DNA of 64,000 nucleotides from Alphaproteobacteria bacterium (lineage in GTDB: Bacteria; Pseudomonadota; Alphaproteobacteria; SP197). A program made the position numbers and the translations under genes. Below are positions 39,706 to 49,675 of the stretch, one piece after another; positions within the stretch are counted from its first letter, which is position 1, and every line of letters begins with the position of its first letter. The stretch covers positions 1,376,001-1,440,000 of the forward strand of contig OZ219920.1 in the NCBI GenBank assembly GCA_964291415.2, read 5' to 3'. A model generated the notes under the pieces. That model was not told the origin of the DNA and searched no databases. It saw only the letters and a list, made by a program, of their open reading frames with translations.

Positions 39706-40579
39706 AGATCTCATCGAGCCTCTTCAACTGCCGGAAATAGAATCCGATGATGACCAGAGCGATGAGAAAGAGAATGACCGAAATGGCGCTGCCATAGCCC
39801 ATCAGGTACTTCTTGAAGCTCTCGTTGTACATGTGCATGGCAAGCGTGTCGGAGGAATGAAACGGTCCGCCGCCCGTCATGATGTAGAGAATGTCGAACC
39901 CCTTGAGCGAGTTGATGATCGACAGCGCAATGACCACGATTGTCGAGGGAATCAGGAGAGGAACGACGACACGCCGAATGCGCTGCCATGCCGTGGCCCC
40001 CTCGATGTCACAGACCTCGAGCAGGTCAGAGGGTATCGCCGTCAACCCGGCAAGATAGATGACCATGGAGAGTCCGGTCTGTTGCCAGGACCAGGCGACG
40101 ATGACCGACCACAGGGCACTGCCGGGTCTGGCGAGCCAGGCATGCGTGAACGGTTCACCGGCAACGAACGAGATGACCGCGTTGAGAAGACCCCAGTCGG
40201 GCTGATAGATCCAGGTCCATATCTGGCCCACAACGATGGCCGAAAGGCAGATCGGCAGATAGAAGATGGTCTTGAAGATCCGGGCGCCGCGAATCTGCCT
40301 GTCGAGGAGGAGCGCCAGGGCAAGACCGAGGAGTGTCGGCAACAGGATAGCTGCCACCATCCACAAGGCGGTGTTGATGATGGCCCCGAAGAACAGCCGG
40401 TCCGTCCAGATTCTGGCGTAGTTGTCAAATCCGACGAAAGCGTAGTTCGGATCGAATCCGTTCCAGTCGGTGAAGCTGTACCAGAATGAACTGAAGAGCG
40501 GCCACACGACGAAGACCGCAAAGACCGAGAGCGGAAGAATGAGCAGGACTACACGCCAGAACCGATTCTCGCGTTCCAT
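39698..40579 (-). CDS. Carbohydrate ABC transporter permease (MalF-type)
   Basis: SFTDWNG, FVGFDNY, IYLAGLTAIP and MTGGGP. Confidence 0.93.
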   Translation of the reverse strand: MERENRFWRVVLLILPLSVFAVFVVWPLFSSFWYSFTDWNGFDPNYAFVGFDNYARIWTDRLFFGAIINTALWMVAAILLPTLLGLALALLLDRQIRGARIFKTIFYLPICLSAIVVGQIWTWIYQPDWGLLNAVISFVAGEPFTHAWLARPGSALWSVIVAWSWQQTGLSMVIYLAGLTAIPSDLLEVCDIEGATAWQRIRRVVVPLLIPSTIVVIALSIINSLKGFDILYIMTGGGPFHSSDTLAMHMYNESFKKYLMGYGSAISVILFLIALVIIGFYFRQLKRLDEIYG

Positions 40580-40597
40580 CCGCTCCTCCGCCGGTTA

Positions 40598-40631
40598 CAG
40601 GGCCGTGCCACCAAGGGACGGCACGGCCCTG
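40598..40631. other. Intercistronic stem-loop between the binding-protein and permease genes
   Basis: CAGGGCCGTGCC / GGCACGGCCCTG perfect 12-bp stem, 10-nt loop, no U-tract. Confidence 0.7.
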
Positions 40632-40643
40632 CCCTCTACGTTA

Positions 40644-41915
40644 TCACTGGGTAAAGGCCGAAGCTGCGTCCGAAGCCGCCTGCTCAAGAATGGCATCAAC
40701 CCTGGAGGGATCATCCATGAACTCGGCGAACATGGAGAGACCGACCTCGGCCACCGGTGGCGGTGTCGCAAGGTCGTAGTTGAAGGCAAAGTTGTCCGAC
40801 GCGCCAATGGTGGCAATGACGTTCTGCGTCACATCGTTGTAGTGCGCCGGATCGACATTCACATTGGCCGAAACAGCGCCGACCGCATTGGTCCACGCCA
40901 GCTGGACGTCGGTGTCGGACATCATGAAAGCGAGGAACGCCTTTCCTCCTTCAGGGTTGTTCCCGTGGGCCGAGACCACGAATCCGTCCACCGGTCCGAC
41001 CACCGAGACCGGAACCGAGTCGTCGATCACCGGAAACGGAAAGAACGAGTAGTCATCGCCTGGAACGAGACCGATGTCGTTCCAGTAGCCGGTGATCCAG
41101 GTCCCCATGAGGGTCATGGCAGCATCACCGCGGGCAACCCTGTCCGACGCGTCGGTCCAGGTGTCGGCATTGGCGTTGGGAGCAAAGTACCCGCGGTCGG
41201 CAAGGTCCTTCCACATCGCCATCGCCCGGGCGACCTCGTCATCGTCGTACCTGGCCGTGCCGTTCATCAGCGCGGCGCGGTAGTCCGGACCGGCCGTTCC
41301 AAGGAGCAGGTAGTCGAACCAGAACTGTGCCGGCCAGCGGTACTTGGAACCCAGTGCGATCGGCGCCACGCCGGCGTTCTTGAGAACTTCGGCGACTTCA
41401 AGAAACTCGTCCCAAGTGCCTGGAAGTTCGGTGATACCGGCGTCGGCGAACACCTGCGTGTTGTAGAACATTCCGGCATAGTGGTAGTTGAACGGCACCA
41501 GGTAGCGCATGCCGTCATAAAGGGTGGCACTGTCGGCAATGGACTTCGCCACGACATCGTCAAGGCCTTCCCGGTCCCACATGTCATCAATGGGGGTGAG
41601 ACTCCCCGAGTCGACCACGAACTGGACCCTGGCTCCGGCCCAGTAGCTGAAGACATCCGGCAGACTGTTGCCGGACGCCCTTACGAGAATGTCCGTCTTG
41701 AAGTCCTCGTGACCCACCGGACTGTTGCGCATCACGTAACCGGACGCCTCCTCGAAGCGGGCGATCTGCTCGTTGAGCGCCTTGAGACCGAGATCACCGG
41801 TAAAGTAGTGGGTAATCGTGACCTCGTTGTCCTGGGCCGACACGGACAGGCCTGTCGCCGCCATGACCGCGCCGGCAACGCAGGAAATCAGCGCACGTCT
41901 GTTGAAACATGTCAT
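40644..41915 (-). CDS. Carbohydrate ABC solute-binding protein (family 1)
   Basis: FNRRALI signal, LPDVFSYW, MFYNTQVF and TWDEF; GGGAGG RBS. Confidence 0.92.
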   Translation of the reverse strand: MTCFNRRALISCVAGAVMAATGLSVSAQDNEVTITHYFTGDLGLKALNEQIARFEEASGYVMRNSPVGHEDFKTDILVRASGNSLPDVFSYWAGARVQFVVDSGSLTPIDDMWDREGLDDVVAKSIADSATLYDGMRYLVPFNYHYAGMFYNTQVFADAGITELPGTWDEFLEVAEVLKNAGVAPIALGSKYRWPAQFWFDYLLLGTAGPDYRAALMNGTARYDDDEVARAMAMWKDLADRGYFAPNANADTWTDASDRVARGDAAMTLMGTWITGYWNDIGLVPGDDYSFFPFPVIDDSVPVSVVGPVDGFVVSAHGNNPEGGKAFLAFMMSDTDVQLAWTNAVGAVSANVNVDPAHYNDVTQNVIATIGASDNFAFNYDLATPPPVAEVGLSMFAEFMDDPSRVDAILEQAASDAASAFTQ

Positions 41916-41944
41916 CAGAGGTTCCCTCCCGGCTAATTTACACA

Positions 41945-42077
41945 TGTTGTACATTCAGCACCAAATTCGGGACAGCATGCGCCGCTCAGCGGCGTTGTCA
42001 ACGGGAAGTGTTGCCAATGCTGTAAGTAGAAGGCATCTTGTCGGCAGTATTGCTGCTCTGTACAACAGTGTTGAACG
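41945..42077. promoter_or_regulatory. Divergent promoter region with candidate IclR operators
   Basis: TGTTGTACA (41945-41953) and its reverse complement TGTACAACA (42059-42067); the latter overlaps the imperfect palindrome GTACAACAGTGTTGAAC. Confidence 0.4.
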
Positions 42078-42118
42078 TATTGTGCAATATGCGGTGACCT
42101 CACTTGAGGAAGTTCCCG

Positions 42119-42844
42119 ATGCGTGTCTTGCAGTCGCTTTCACGGGGCCTCAGGACCCTCGACCTTCTCAGGGAGGCCGGCGAACCCTTGCGCCTGACGC
42201 ATATCGCCGACGAACTGGGTGTCCGCAAGTCAAACGCCTCCCATGTTCTCAAGACCCTCGTGGCGGCTGGCTGGGCCATCCAGGACAGTACACGCCGCTA
42301 TGCCCCGGCCGCCCGTTGCGGAGGACGACACACCCTGTCAGACGTTGTGGCCTGCAAGGAACGGTGCCGGCCCGCGCTCGAATCCCTGGTCGCCGCCACG
42401 GGTGAGTGCGCCCACCTTGCCGTCCTCGTAGAACACCGGGTCTGGTACGTCGACAAGGTGGAGTCCGCGTTGCCGCTGAAGGTCGATCATCCGATCGGAG
42501 CGCTCTCTCCGCTTCACTGCACGGCACTCGGCAAGGCTTTCCTCGCCTTCGGCAAGGCTGCCATTCCGCCCGTTCTGTCGAGATACACCGATCGCACGAT
42601 CGTCGAACGTCATCTTCTGGCGCGGGACGTAGCGGCGACGCGGGCCCGTGGCTTTGCCATCGACAACGAGGAGTTTGCTGAAGGCATCCGTTGTGTGGCC
42701 CGCCCCGTCTACGACATACGCGGCGACATGATCGCCGCTCTCGGGATTTCCGGACCATCGGTGCGGATTGATGACAGGCGCCTGGAGGAACTCGGCGCGC
42801 TCGTCAGAGCCACCGTCATCGTTCCCGAAGACAACGCGCCATGA
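42119..42844 (+). CDS. IclR family transcriptional regulator
   Basis: QSLSRGLRTL HTH start, PLHCTALGKA and GFAIDNEEFAEGIRCVA. Confidence 0.95.
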   Translation: MRVLQSLSRGLRTLDLLREAGEPLRLTHIADELGVRKSNASHVLKTLVAAGWAIQDSTRRYAPAARCGGRHTLSDVVACKERCRPALESLVAATGECAHLAVLVEHRVWYVDKVESALPLKVDHPIGALSPLHCTALGKAFLAFGKAAIPPVLSRYTDRTIVERHLLARDVAATRARGFAIDNEEFAEGIRCVARPVYDIRGDMIAALGISGPSVRIDDRRLEELGALVRATVIVPEDNAP

Positions 42845-43917
42845 TCAGGACACCGGTGCGAATCGGATTCATCGGCACGGGCCGGATTTCCGATCTTCAT
42901 GCGGCCGGATACCGGGGCAATGCGGCGGCCCGCATCACCGCGCTGTGCGACACGAATGTGGAGCGGGCGCGGTCGAGAGCGCGTGCCTGGGGTCTCGATG
43001 ACGTGGTGGTGACGGACGATCCCGGCGTCCTTCTCTCTCGCAGCGATGTGGATCTCGTCGAGATTCTTCTGCCTCACCATCTTCATTGTCCGCTGGCGCT
43101 CGCGGCAATCGAAGCCGGCAAGATCGTCTCGCTCCAGAAACCCATGTGCCTCACCGTGGAGGAGGCCGACCGTCTGGTTGAGGCAGCCGAGGCGCACGAT
43201 CGCCCGTTCCGGGTGTTCGAGAACATCCTGTTCGATCGGCCGGTCATGGTCGCCGACGCCCTTGTCGGTGACGGCGCCATTGGCAGGCCGTTGGCGATCC
43301 GCATGAAGTCGAATCCAGGCAAGAGCAAGGGCGCCTGGGAGGTTCCTCCGGAGGCCACGGCCTGGCGGCAAAGTCGGGACCTTTCCGGAGGCGGTCCGCT
43401 CATCTTCGATGACGGGCATCACAAGTTTTCTCTGGCATGGCATTTCATGGGGGAGCCTGAAGAGATCCATGCGTTCATCGGCCGGACCAGACACAGGGAC
43501 GGCAGCCAACTGGATGCCCCGGCAGTCGTTTCCCTGCGCTTTGATGAACAGCGCATCGGCAGTTTCGAGGTCGTCTACTCTCCCGACCTTGAGATCGAAA
43601 CGCGCCAGTATCCCCAGGACGACCGGATCGAGATCACCGGAACCAGCGGCGTCATCTGGATCAACAGGGGGCACGGGAACATCGGCAACCAGCCATCGGT
43701 GCAATGTTTCAGGAATGGGGAGCTGGACTCCTGCCACGAAGCCGGCTCGCAATGGGAAGACAGCTTCGTCCGCGCCACCCGGCATTTCCTGAGTTGCCTG
43801 CAGGAAGGCGACGCACCGGTCCTCACCGCCCGGAACGCCAGAAGCATCCTGCGATTCGCCCTTGCCGCAGAAGAGTCGGCGCGCACCGGCCGTGTCGTGC
43901 GTTACACGGAAACCTGA
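42841..43917 (+). CDS. Gfo/Idh/MocA family oxidoreductase
   Basis: GFIGTGRIS, QKPM and GGGPLIFDDGHH. Confidence 0.92.
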   Translation: MIRTPVRIGFIGTGRISDLHAAGYRGNAAARITALCDTNVERARSRARAWGLDDVVVTDDPGVLLSRSDVDLVEILLPHHLHCPLALAAIEAGKIVSLQKPMCLTVEEADRLVEAAEAHDRPFRVFENILFDRPVMVADALVGDGAIGRPLAIRMKSNPGKSKGAWEVPPEATAWRQSRDLSGGGPLIFDDGHHKFSLAWHFMGEPEEIHAFIGRTRHRDGSQLDAPAVVSLRFDEQRIGSFEVVYSPDLEIETRQYPQDDRIEITGTSGVIWINRGHGNIGNQPSVQCFRNGELDSCHEAGSQWEDSFVRATRHFLSCLQEGDAPVLTARNARSILRFALAAEESARTGRVVRYTET

Positions 43918-43918
43918 C

Positions 43919-45778
43919 ATGGTCCCCGACACCAGGAGCGGGCGCGCGGCGTGGCTGGCGTCCCTTGGCGGACTGGAGGAGGCCATCGGAGCCGGCCACC
44001 TCTCGCAGCCCGTGACCCTGCCGCTCACCGAAGCGCTTGTTCTGGGGCTGATGCGGCAGGGCGTCACCAAGTATCTGATGATCCTCGGTCATGGTTCGAC
44101 GGAACTCGCGGAGACACTCAGGGTCTATGAAGAGGCCGGGCTGGTCCGCGGATACCAGTTCCGCAACGAGGTCGAAATGGCCCATGCGGGCACGGCGCTG
44201 CGCTGGGTCTACGGTGAGACTGCCGCCGTGGTAACGTCGATCGGTCCGGGCGCCTTCCAGGCAATGGCCGGGTCCCTCGCCGCCGTATCCAATGGCGTCG
44301 GCCTCTACCACATCTATGGTGACGAAACGACCCGTGGTGAAGGCTACAACATGCAACAGGTGCCGAAACCCGAACAGGGTCTCTTCGGGCGCATCACGGC
44401 ACTGATGGGCGCTTCCTACACGCTGCACACGCCGGGCGCACTGCGCGATGCGCTGCGGCGGGGCGCCGCAACGGTCTTTCACCCCTGGAAGGCCGGACCG
44501 TTCTACCTCAACCTGCCACTCAACACGCAGCCTGCCACGGTGGCCGTGCGTCCCGACGCTCTGCCAAGGCGGCCCCGGGTCGTGCCCCAGGCGCCCGCCG
44601 ACGGCACTCTCATCGAGGAAGCGGCGGGCATGATCAGAGACGCCAGGTGTGTTGCCATCAAGGCCGGTGGCGGCACCCGCGGCGCCAGCGACGCACTCCG
44701 GCGCCTCGCCGAGGCGGCCGGAGCGGCAGTCGTCCTTTCCCCGGGCTCGACGGGAGTCATGCCGGAGAGTCACCCGCTCAACATGCATGTCGGGGGCTCC
44801 AAGGGATCGATCAGCGGCAACTTCGCCATGGCGAACGCGGACCTCGCGATCTTTGTCGCAAGCCGCGCCGTCTGCCAGAGCGACTGTTCCGGCATCGGCT
44901 GGCCCGGGGTTCGCCGGGTCATCAACATCAACGCCGATCCCGTCGACGTTCTCCACTACAACAACACCCTGGCCCTTCCGGGAGATGCCGCAACGGTGAT
45001 GGACCGGCTGGCCGAACGTCTCGGGCCCGGGCCGGATGAGTCCGCGTGGCTGACCGCCTGTGCGGAAAGGAAGGCCGAGTGGCGGACATACAGGGAGGAA
45101 CGCTTTAAATGCGGGCCACTCCTGGACAGCGCCTGGAAGCAGCCCGTTCTCACCCAGCCGCAGGCCATCCGAATCGCTGACCGGTTCGCCCGACACATCG
45201 ATGCCATCAAATTCTTCGATGCCGGCGACGTGCAGGCAAACGGCTTCCAGATCGTCGAGGACGAGAAGGTAGGCGAGAGTTACACGGAGTCGGGTTCGTC
45301 ATACATGGGATTCGCCGTTTCCGCACTGCTCGCCGGAGGGCTTGCCGATCAGGGACGCTACGCCATCGCCTTCACCGGCGACGGATCCTTCATGATGAAT
45401 CCCCAGATCCTCGTCGATGGTGTCGAGCATGGCGTCCACGGCACCATCCTGATTCTCGACAACCGCCGCATGGGCGCCATCAGCCAGTTGCAGGAGGCCC
45501 AGTACGGCAAGGACTACCGCACTGCTGACGACGTCATCGTGGACCATGTCGGCCTTGCGACCGCAATCGGCGGCGTGAAGGCCCTTCATGGCGGCCGGAA
45601 CGCCGAGAGTCTCCGGAACGCACTTCATGAGGCTCATGCCTGGCCCGGGCTCAGCGTCGTCCACGTTCCCGTCTACTATGGCAGCAATCCCCTCGGTGGC
45701 CTTGGAGCATGGGGTGCGTGGAACGTGGGCAACTGGTGTGACGACGTCGAGAAAGCCTGGACCGGCACCCTGATCTGA
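43919..45778 (+). CDS. Thiamine-diphosphate enzyme, IolD-like acylhydrolase
   Basis: ILGHG, RNEVEMAHA, TSIGPG, SYMG, GDGSFMM..N and GAISQLQ resemble IolD. Confidence 0.8.
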   Translation: MVPDTRSGRAAWLASLGGLEEAIGAGHLSQPVTLPLTEALVLGLMRQGVTKYLMILGHGSTELAETLRVYEEAGLVRGYQFRNEVEMAHAGTALRWVYGETAAVVTSIGPGAFQAMAGSLAAVSNGVGLYHIYGDETTRGEGYNMQQVPKPEQGLFGRITALMGASYTLHTPGALRDALRRGAATVFHPWKAGPFYLNLPLNTQPATVAVRPDALPRRPRVVPQAPADGTLIEEAAGMIRDARCVAIKAGGGTRGASDALRRLAEAAGAAVVLSPGSTGVMPESHPLNMHVGGSKGSISGNFAMANADLAIFVASRAVCQSDCSGIGWPGVRRVININADPVDVLHYNNTLALPGDAATVMDRLAERLGPGPDESAWLTACAERKAEWRTYREERFKCGPLLDSAWKQPVLTQPQAIRIADRFARHIDAIKFFDAGDVQANGFQIVEDEKVGESYTESGSSYMGFAVSALLAGGLADQGRYAIAFTGDGSFMMNPQILVDGVEHGVHGTILILDNRRMGAISQLQEAQYGKDYRTADDVIVDHVGLATAIGGVKALHGGRNAESLRNALHEAHAWPGLSVVHVPVYYGSNPLGGLGAWGAWNVGNWCDDVEKAWTGTLI

Positions 45779-45780
45779 CG

Positions 45781-47511
45781 ATGAAGGGCAAGGCGAGAGG
45801 ACTGGACGGCGGGCTTACCGACTACGGCGACCGGGAGTTTGCGCGGTTTCTGCGCCGCTCCTTCGCCCGGTCTGCGGGCCTCACCAGCCGATCTCTGGAC
45901 CGTCCGGTCGTCGGTGTCTGTCACACCGAAAGCGGCTTCAACCCCTGCCACAGGCATTTTGGCGACATGGTCGAAGCCGTCGCCAGAGGCGTGACCGCCG
46001 CCGGTGGCCTGCCGGTGCCGTTCCCCGTGATCTCCCTTGGGGAGGCGTTCCTCTATCCCACCTCGATGGTCTACCGCAATCTGATGGCCATGGCCGTGGA
46101 AGAGATGATTCGCGCCCAGCCGATGGACAGTGTCGTTCTCCTGGGAGGGTGCGACAAGACCGTCCCGGCACTCCTGATGGGCGCTGCATCGGCTGACAAG
46201 CCCGCCGCCCTGGTGGTGGCCGGCCCGATGATGACCGGACGCCACAGGGGCGAACGCCTGGGCGCCTGCACCGACTGCCGGCGTTTCTGGGCACGGTATC
46301 GTGCCGGCAGGATCGAGCGCGAAGAGATCGAACAGGTTGAGGGCCGGCTTGCGGTGACCACGGGAACCTGCGCGGTCATGGGAACTGCGTCGAGCATGGC
46401 ACTTGCTGCGGAGACCCTTGGGTTCATGCTTCCGGGGACGGCGGCGATACCCGCGGTTCACGCCGATCGTCTTCGGGCCGCGGAAGAGACGGGTGCGGTT
46501 GCCGTGACCATGGCGACTGAAGGCGGTCCCACTCCCTCCACGCTCATCACGCCCCAGTCGGTCGACAATGCCTTCCAGGTCCTGCTTGCTGTCTCCGGCT
46601 CAACGAATGCCGTCGTCCACCTTGCCGCCATCGCCGGGCGTGCCGGTATCGACTTCGATCCCGGCCGTTTCAATGACCTGGCGCGCGCGACGCCCGTCAT
46701 CGTCGACCTCAAACCCGTCGGCGAGGGCTACATGGAGGACTTCCATGCCGCCGGAGGCCTGGACGGCGTGCTGCGCGGGATTGCAGATGGTCTCGAGGGA
46801 GGCTGCATCGATCTCACGGGACGCACGCTCGCCTCGCGGCTCGAGGATCCCCTCGCGGACCCGATCGACCACCGTGTCATCCGCAAGGCCGACGATCCCG
46901 TGGATCACCAGGGAGGACTGGTCATTCTTCATGGATCCCTGGCGCCCGACGGCGCCCTTCTCAAGCGGGCGGCCGCGACACCCCGTCTTCTCGAGAGCGA
47001 AGGCCGAGCGGTGGTCTTTTCTTCCCTCGAGGATCTCGCGGCGAGAATAGACAATCCCGATCTCGATGTCCGCGCGGACGATGTTCTCGTCCTGCAGAAC
47101 GCAGGACCCGCAAGTCCTTCGGGCATGCCTGAAGCCGGCTATCTTCCCATTCCGCGAAAACTCGCCGCCGAGGGTGTCACCGACATGGTGCGCATCTCGG
47201 ATGCCCGGATGTCGGGCACGGCCTTCGGGACCATCGTTCTTCACGTGTCACCTGAATCCCATCTCGGAGGCCCTCTGGCCCTGGTGAAGAACGGCGACCG
47301 GATCCGGCTTTCCGTCTCGTCCTGCGCCATCGAACTCCTGGTCAGCGACGACGAACTGGAACGCCGGCGACGCGCCTGGAGGAAGCCCGGCGTCACCCAC
47401 CGGCGCGGGTACCGCTCGCTTCATGCGGCAAGTGTGTTGCCCTGGACAAAGGGGTGCGACCTCGATTTCCTGAGGCCCGTGACGAACGGCACCGCGAAGG
47501 CACGCGACTGA
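45781..47511 (+). CDS. IlvD/Edd family dehydratase
   Basis: NPCH, GCDKT, GTCAVMGTASSM, GSTN and ISDARMSGT. Confidence 0.93.
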   Translation: MKGKARGLDGGLTDYGDREFARFLRRSFARSAGLTSRSLDRPVVGVCHTESGFNPCHRHFGDMVEAVARGVTAAGGLPVPFPVISLGEAFLYPTSMVYRNLMAMAVEEMIRAQPMDSVVLLGGCDKTVPALLMGAASADKPAALVVAGPMMTGRHRGERLGACTDCRRFWARYRAGRIEREEIEQVEGRLAVTTGTCAVMGTASSMALAAETLGFMLPGTAAIPAVHADRLRAAEETGAVAVTMATEGGPTPSTLITPQSVDNAFQVLLAVSGSTNAVVHLAAIAGRAGIDFDPGRFNDLARATPVIVDLKPVGEGYMEDFHAAGGLDGVLRGIADGLEGGCIDLTGRTLASRLEDPLADPIDHRVIRKADDPVDHQGGLVILHGSLAPDGALLKRAAATPRLLESEGRAVVFSSLEDLAARIDNPDLDVRADDVLVLQNAGPASPSGMPEAGYLPIPRKLAAEGVTDMVRISDARMSGTAFGTIVLHVSPESHLGGPLALVKNGDRIRLSVSSCAIELLVSDDELERRRRAWRKPGVTHRRGYRSLHAASVLPWTKGCDLDFLRPVTNGTAKARD

Positions 47512-47577
47512 TGGCGCCACACCGCCAGGATACACCGTCCCGCAGGCCTGGAACAATTGCCAGGACGACAATGCGCC

Positions 47578-49284
47578 ATGACTGACGGGCGGGAGTACGA
47601 CTATGTCATCATGGGCGCGGGAAGCGCCGGATGCACACTGGCAGCCCGACTGACGGAGGACCCTTCAATCCGGGTTCTTCTTCTCGAAGCCGGTCCGGCG
47701 CGGGGTACGCCCTTCAATCACTGGCGTGTAGGAATGCCCGCTGCGTTCGGCAGCACCTGGCAGAATCCACGGTTCAACTGGATGTTCGAGGGCGAGGCGG
47801 AAGCGCAACTCAACAACCGTTCCATCATCCAGCCAAGGGGCCGGGTGCTGGGCGGGTCATCCTCCATCAACGGCATGTGCTTCATCCGCGGCCACGCCCT
47901 CGATTTCGAGCGCTGGGTCGAGGAAGGCGCCACAGGCTGGTCGTGGCGCGAGGTCCTGCCCTACTTCAAGCGCCTTGAAACCTGGCAGGGTGGCGAGAAC
48001 CGCTGGCGCGGCGGTTCCGGGCCGGTGCACGTCATCAAGGGCACCTGGCCCAGCGATCTCTATCGGGCCTTCATCGAGGCGGGAATCGAGGCAGGCTACC
48101 CATTCTCGGAGGACATCAACGGCGAGCTCCAGGAGGGTTTTGCCGCCTTCCAGATGAATGTCCGCGACGGTGTCCGCGCGTCGACCGCCGAGGCCTACAT
48201 CCGCCCCAACCGGCATCGCCCCAATCTCGCCATCGAGACCGGCGCCCTGGCCATCGCCATCACGATCGAGGGCAATCGCGCCTCGGGCATCACCCTGCGC
48301 AGGAAAGGCGGCGCCAGCGACACCGTCCGGGCCGCTCGGGAAGTCATCCTTGCGGGCGGCGCGGTCGGCTCTCCCCACCTGCTCAAGCTCTCGGGCATCG
48401 GACCGGCAGACGAACTGCGCCACCATGGCATCGATGTCAGGGTCGATCTTCCAGGTGTCGGGGAGAACCTTCAGGATCATCCGATCATCTACATGAAATG
48501 CCGGGTCGACCAACCCGTCTCCATGAGCCGCTACATGAAGCCGCACATGATGGCCTATACCGGTCTTCGATGGCTGGCGACGCACACCGGGCCCGGCGCC
48601 ACCAACAATGTCGAGACCTGTGCGTGGCTCCGTACCGAGCCCTCGCTCTCCCACCCCGACATGCTCATCCAGTTCCTGCCCGTTCTTCTCACCCACGAGG
48701 GAGAGGTCCTGCCCGGGAGCCATGGTTTCACCTATTGCCTGGGCCCGACGCGTGTCGACGGCCGCGGCTGGGTCCGGCTGCGCAGCGCCAACCCGGACGA
48801 TCCTCCCCGCATCGCCTCGAACTTCCTTTCGACGGACGCGGACCTCGAGCGCATGAAGCGCTCCCTCGACATCAGCCGTGACATTGTCTCCCGTCCGGCG
48901 CATCAGGCCCATGGTCCGCAGGAAGTCGATCCCGGCCCGGATGTCCGTTCCCATGGCGACATCGAGGCCTATCTGCGCGACAACGTGGCCGGCGACTTCC
49001 ACCTGGCGGGAACCTGCCGGATGGGCCGCGACTCCAGGGCCGTGGTCGACCCGGCACTGAAGGTTCACGGCATCGAGGGCTTGCGCGTGGTCGATGCCTC
49101 GGTCATGCCGAGCATCGTCAACGCCAACACCAATGCCACCTCCATCATGATCGGGGAAAAGGCGGCCGACATGATTCTCGGACGCGCACCGCTGCCACCG
49201 TCCGACGTCCCCCTTCCCGGGACGACTGCCGCAGACAGGGATGTGAGCACGCCTTCTCTTGACCTGCCCCTTCATTGGGAGTGA
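47578..49284 (+). CDS. GMC family FAD oxidoreductase (choline dehydrogenase-like)
   Basis: GAGSAG, GRVLGGSSSING, GENLQDH, RVVDAS and NTNA..IMIGEKAAD. Confidence 0.93.
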   Translation: MTDGREYDYVIMGAGSAGCTLAARLTEDPSIRVLLLEAGPARGTPFNHWRVGMPAAFGSTWQNPRFNWMFEGEAEAQLNNRSIIQPRGRVLGGSSSINGMCFIRGHALDFERWVEEGATGWSWREVLPYFKRLETWQGGENRWRGGSGPVHVIKGTWPSDLYRAFIEAGIEAGYPFSEDINGELQEGFAAFQMNVRDGVRASTAEAYIRPNRHRPNLAIETGALAIAITIEGNRASGITLRRKGGASDTVRAAREVILAGGAVGSPHLLKLSGIGPADELRHHGIDVRVDLPGVGENLQDHPIIYMKCRVDQPVSMSRYMKPHMMAYTGLRWLATHTGPGATNNVETCAWLRTEPSLSHPDMLIQFLPVLLTHEGEVLPGSHGFTYCLGPTRVDGRGWVRLRSANPDDPPRIASNFLSTDADLERMKRSLDISRDIVSRPAHQAHGPQEVDPGPDVRSHGDIEAYLRDNVAGDFHLAGTCRMGRDSRAVVDPALKVHGIEGLRVVDASVMPSIVNANTNATSIMIGEKAADMILGRAPLPPSDVPLPGTTAADRDVSTPSLDLPLHWE

Positions 49285-49433
49285 CCCACTCCCGATCAAC
49301 CGCCGTCACGCCCCTGGCGATGGGCACGTGCAGGCCGTTTTCCGGTAATCGGAACTCCTGAGTGGCTTCATCATGCGCGTCCCGCTGTGGTCGCATCGCA
49401 CCTGCGAGTTCCGACAACGGAGCGTACACAGCC

Positions 49434-49463
49434 TTGACATGACCGAGGGCCCTTCCCTAGTGT
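49434..49463 (+). promoter_or_regulatory. Sigma70-like promoter of rpmG
   Basis: TTGACA, 18-nt spacer, TAGTGT, about 30 nt upstream of the ATG. Confidence 0.55.
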
Positions 49464-49492
49464 CCGGCTCGACTTGCCGGAGCGGGTGAACC

Positions 49493-49660
49493 ATGGCCAA
49501 GCCGACCACCATTCTCGTGAAACTCGAGAGCACAGCCGACACGGGATACTATTACGTGACCAAGAAGAACCCGCGCACGCAGACGGAGAAGCTCTCCTTC
49601 CGCAAGTACGACCCGGTGGCGCGCAAGCACGTGGTGTTCAAGGAAGCCAGGCTGAAATAG
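49493..49660 (+). CDS. rpmG: 50S ribosomal protein L33 (Cys-free form)
   Basis: Not in the ORF track. Translates [55 protein letters not shown]. Confidence 0.98.
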   Translation: MAKPTTILVKLESTADTGYYYVTKKNPRTQTEKLSFRKYDPVARKHVVFKEARLK

Positions 49661-49675
49661 ACCCGGTTCCACTTC

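Noticed and set aside
47578-49284. Calling the GMC enzyme betA, the dehydratase ilvD and the ThDP enzyme iolD
   Set aside because: Family membership is clear, but the context (no betB/betI, no other ilv or iol genes) does not support these specific symbols.
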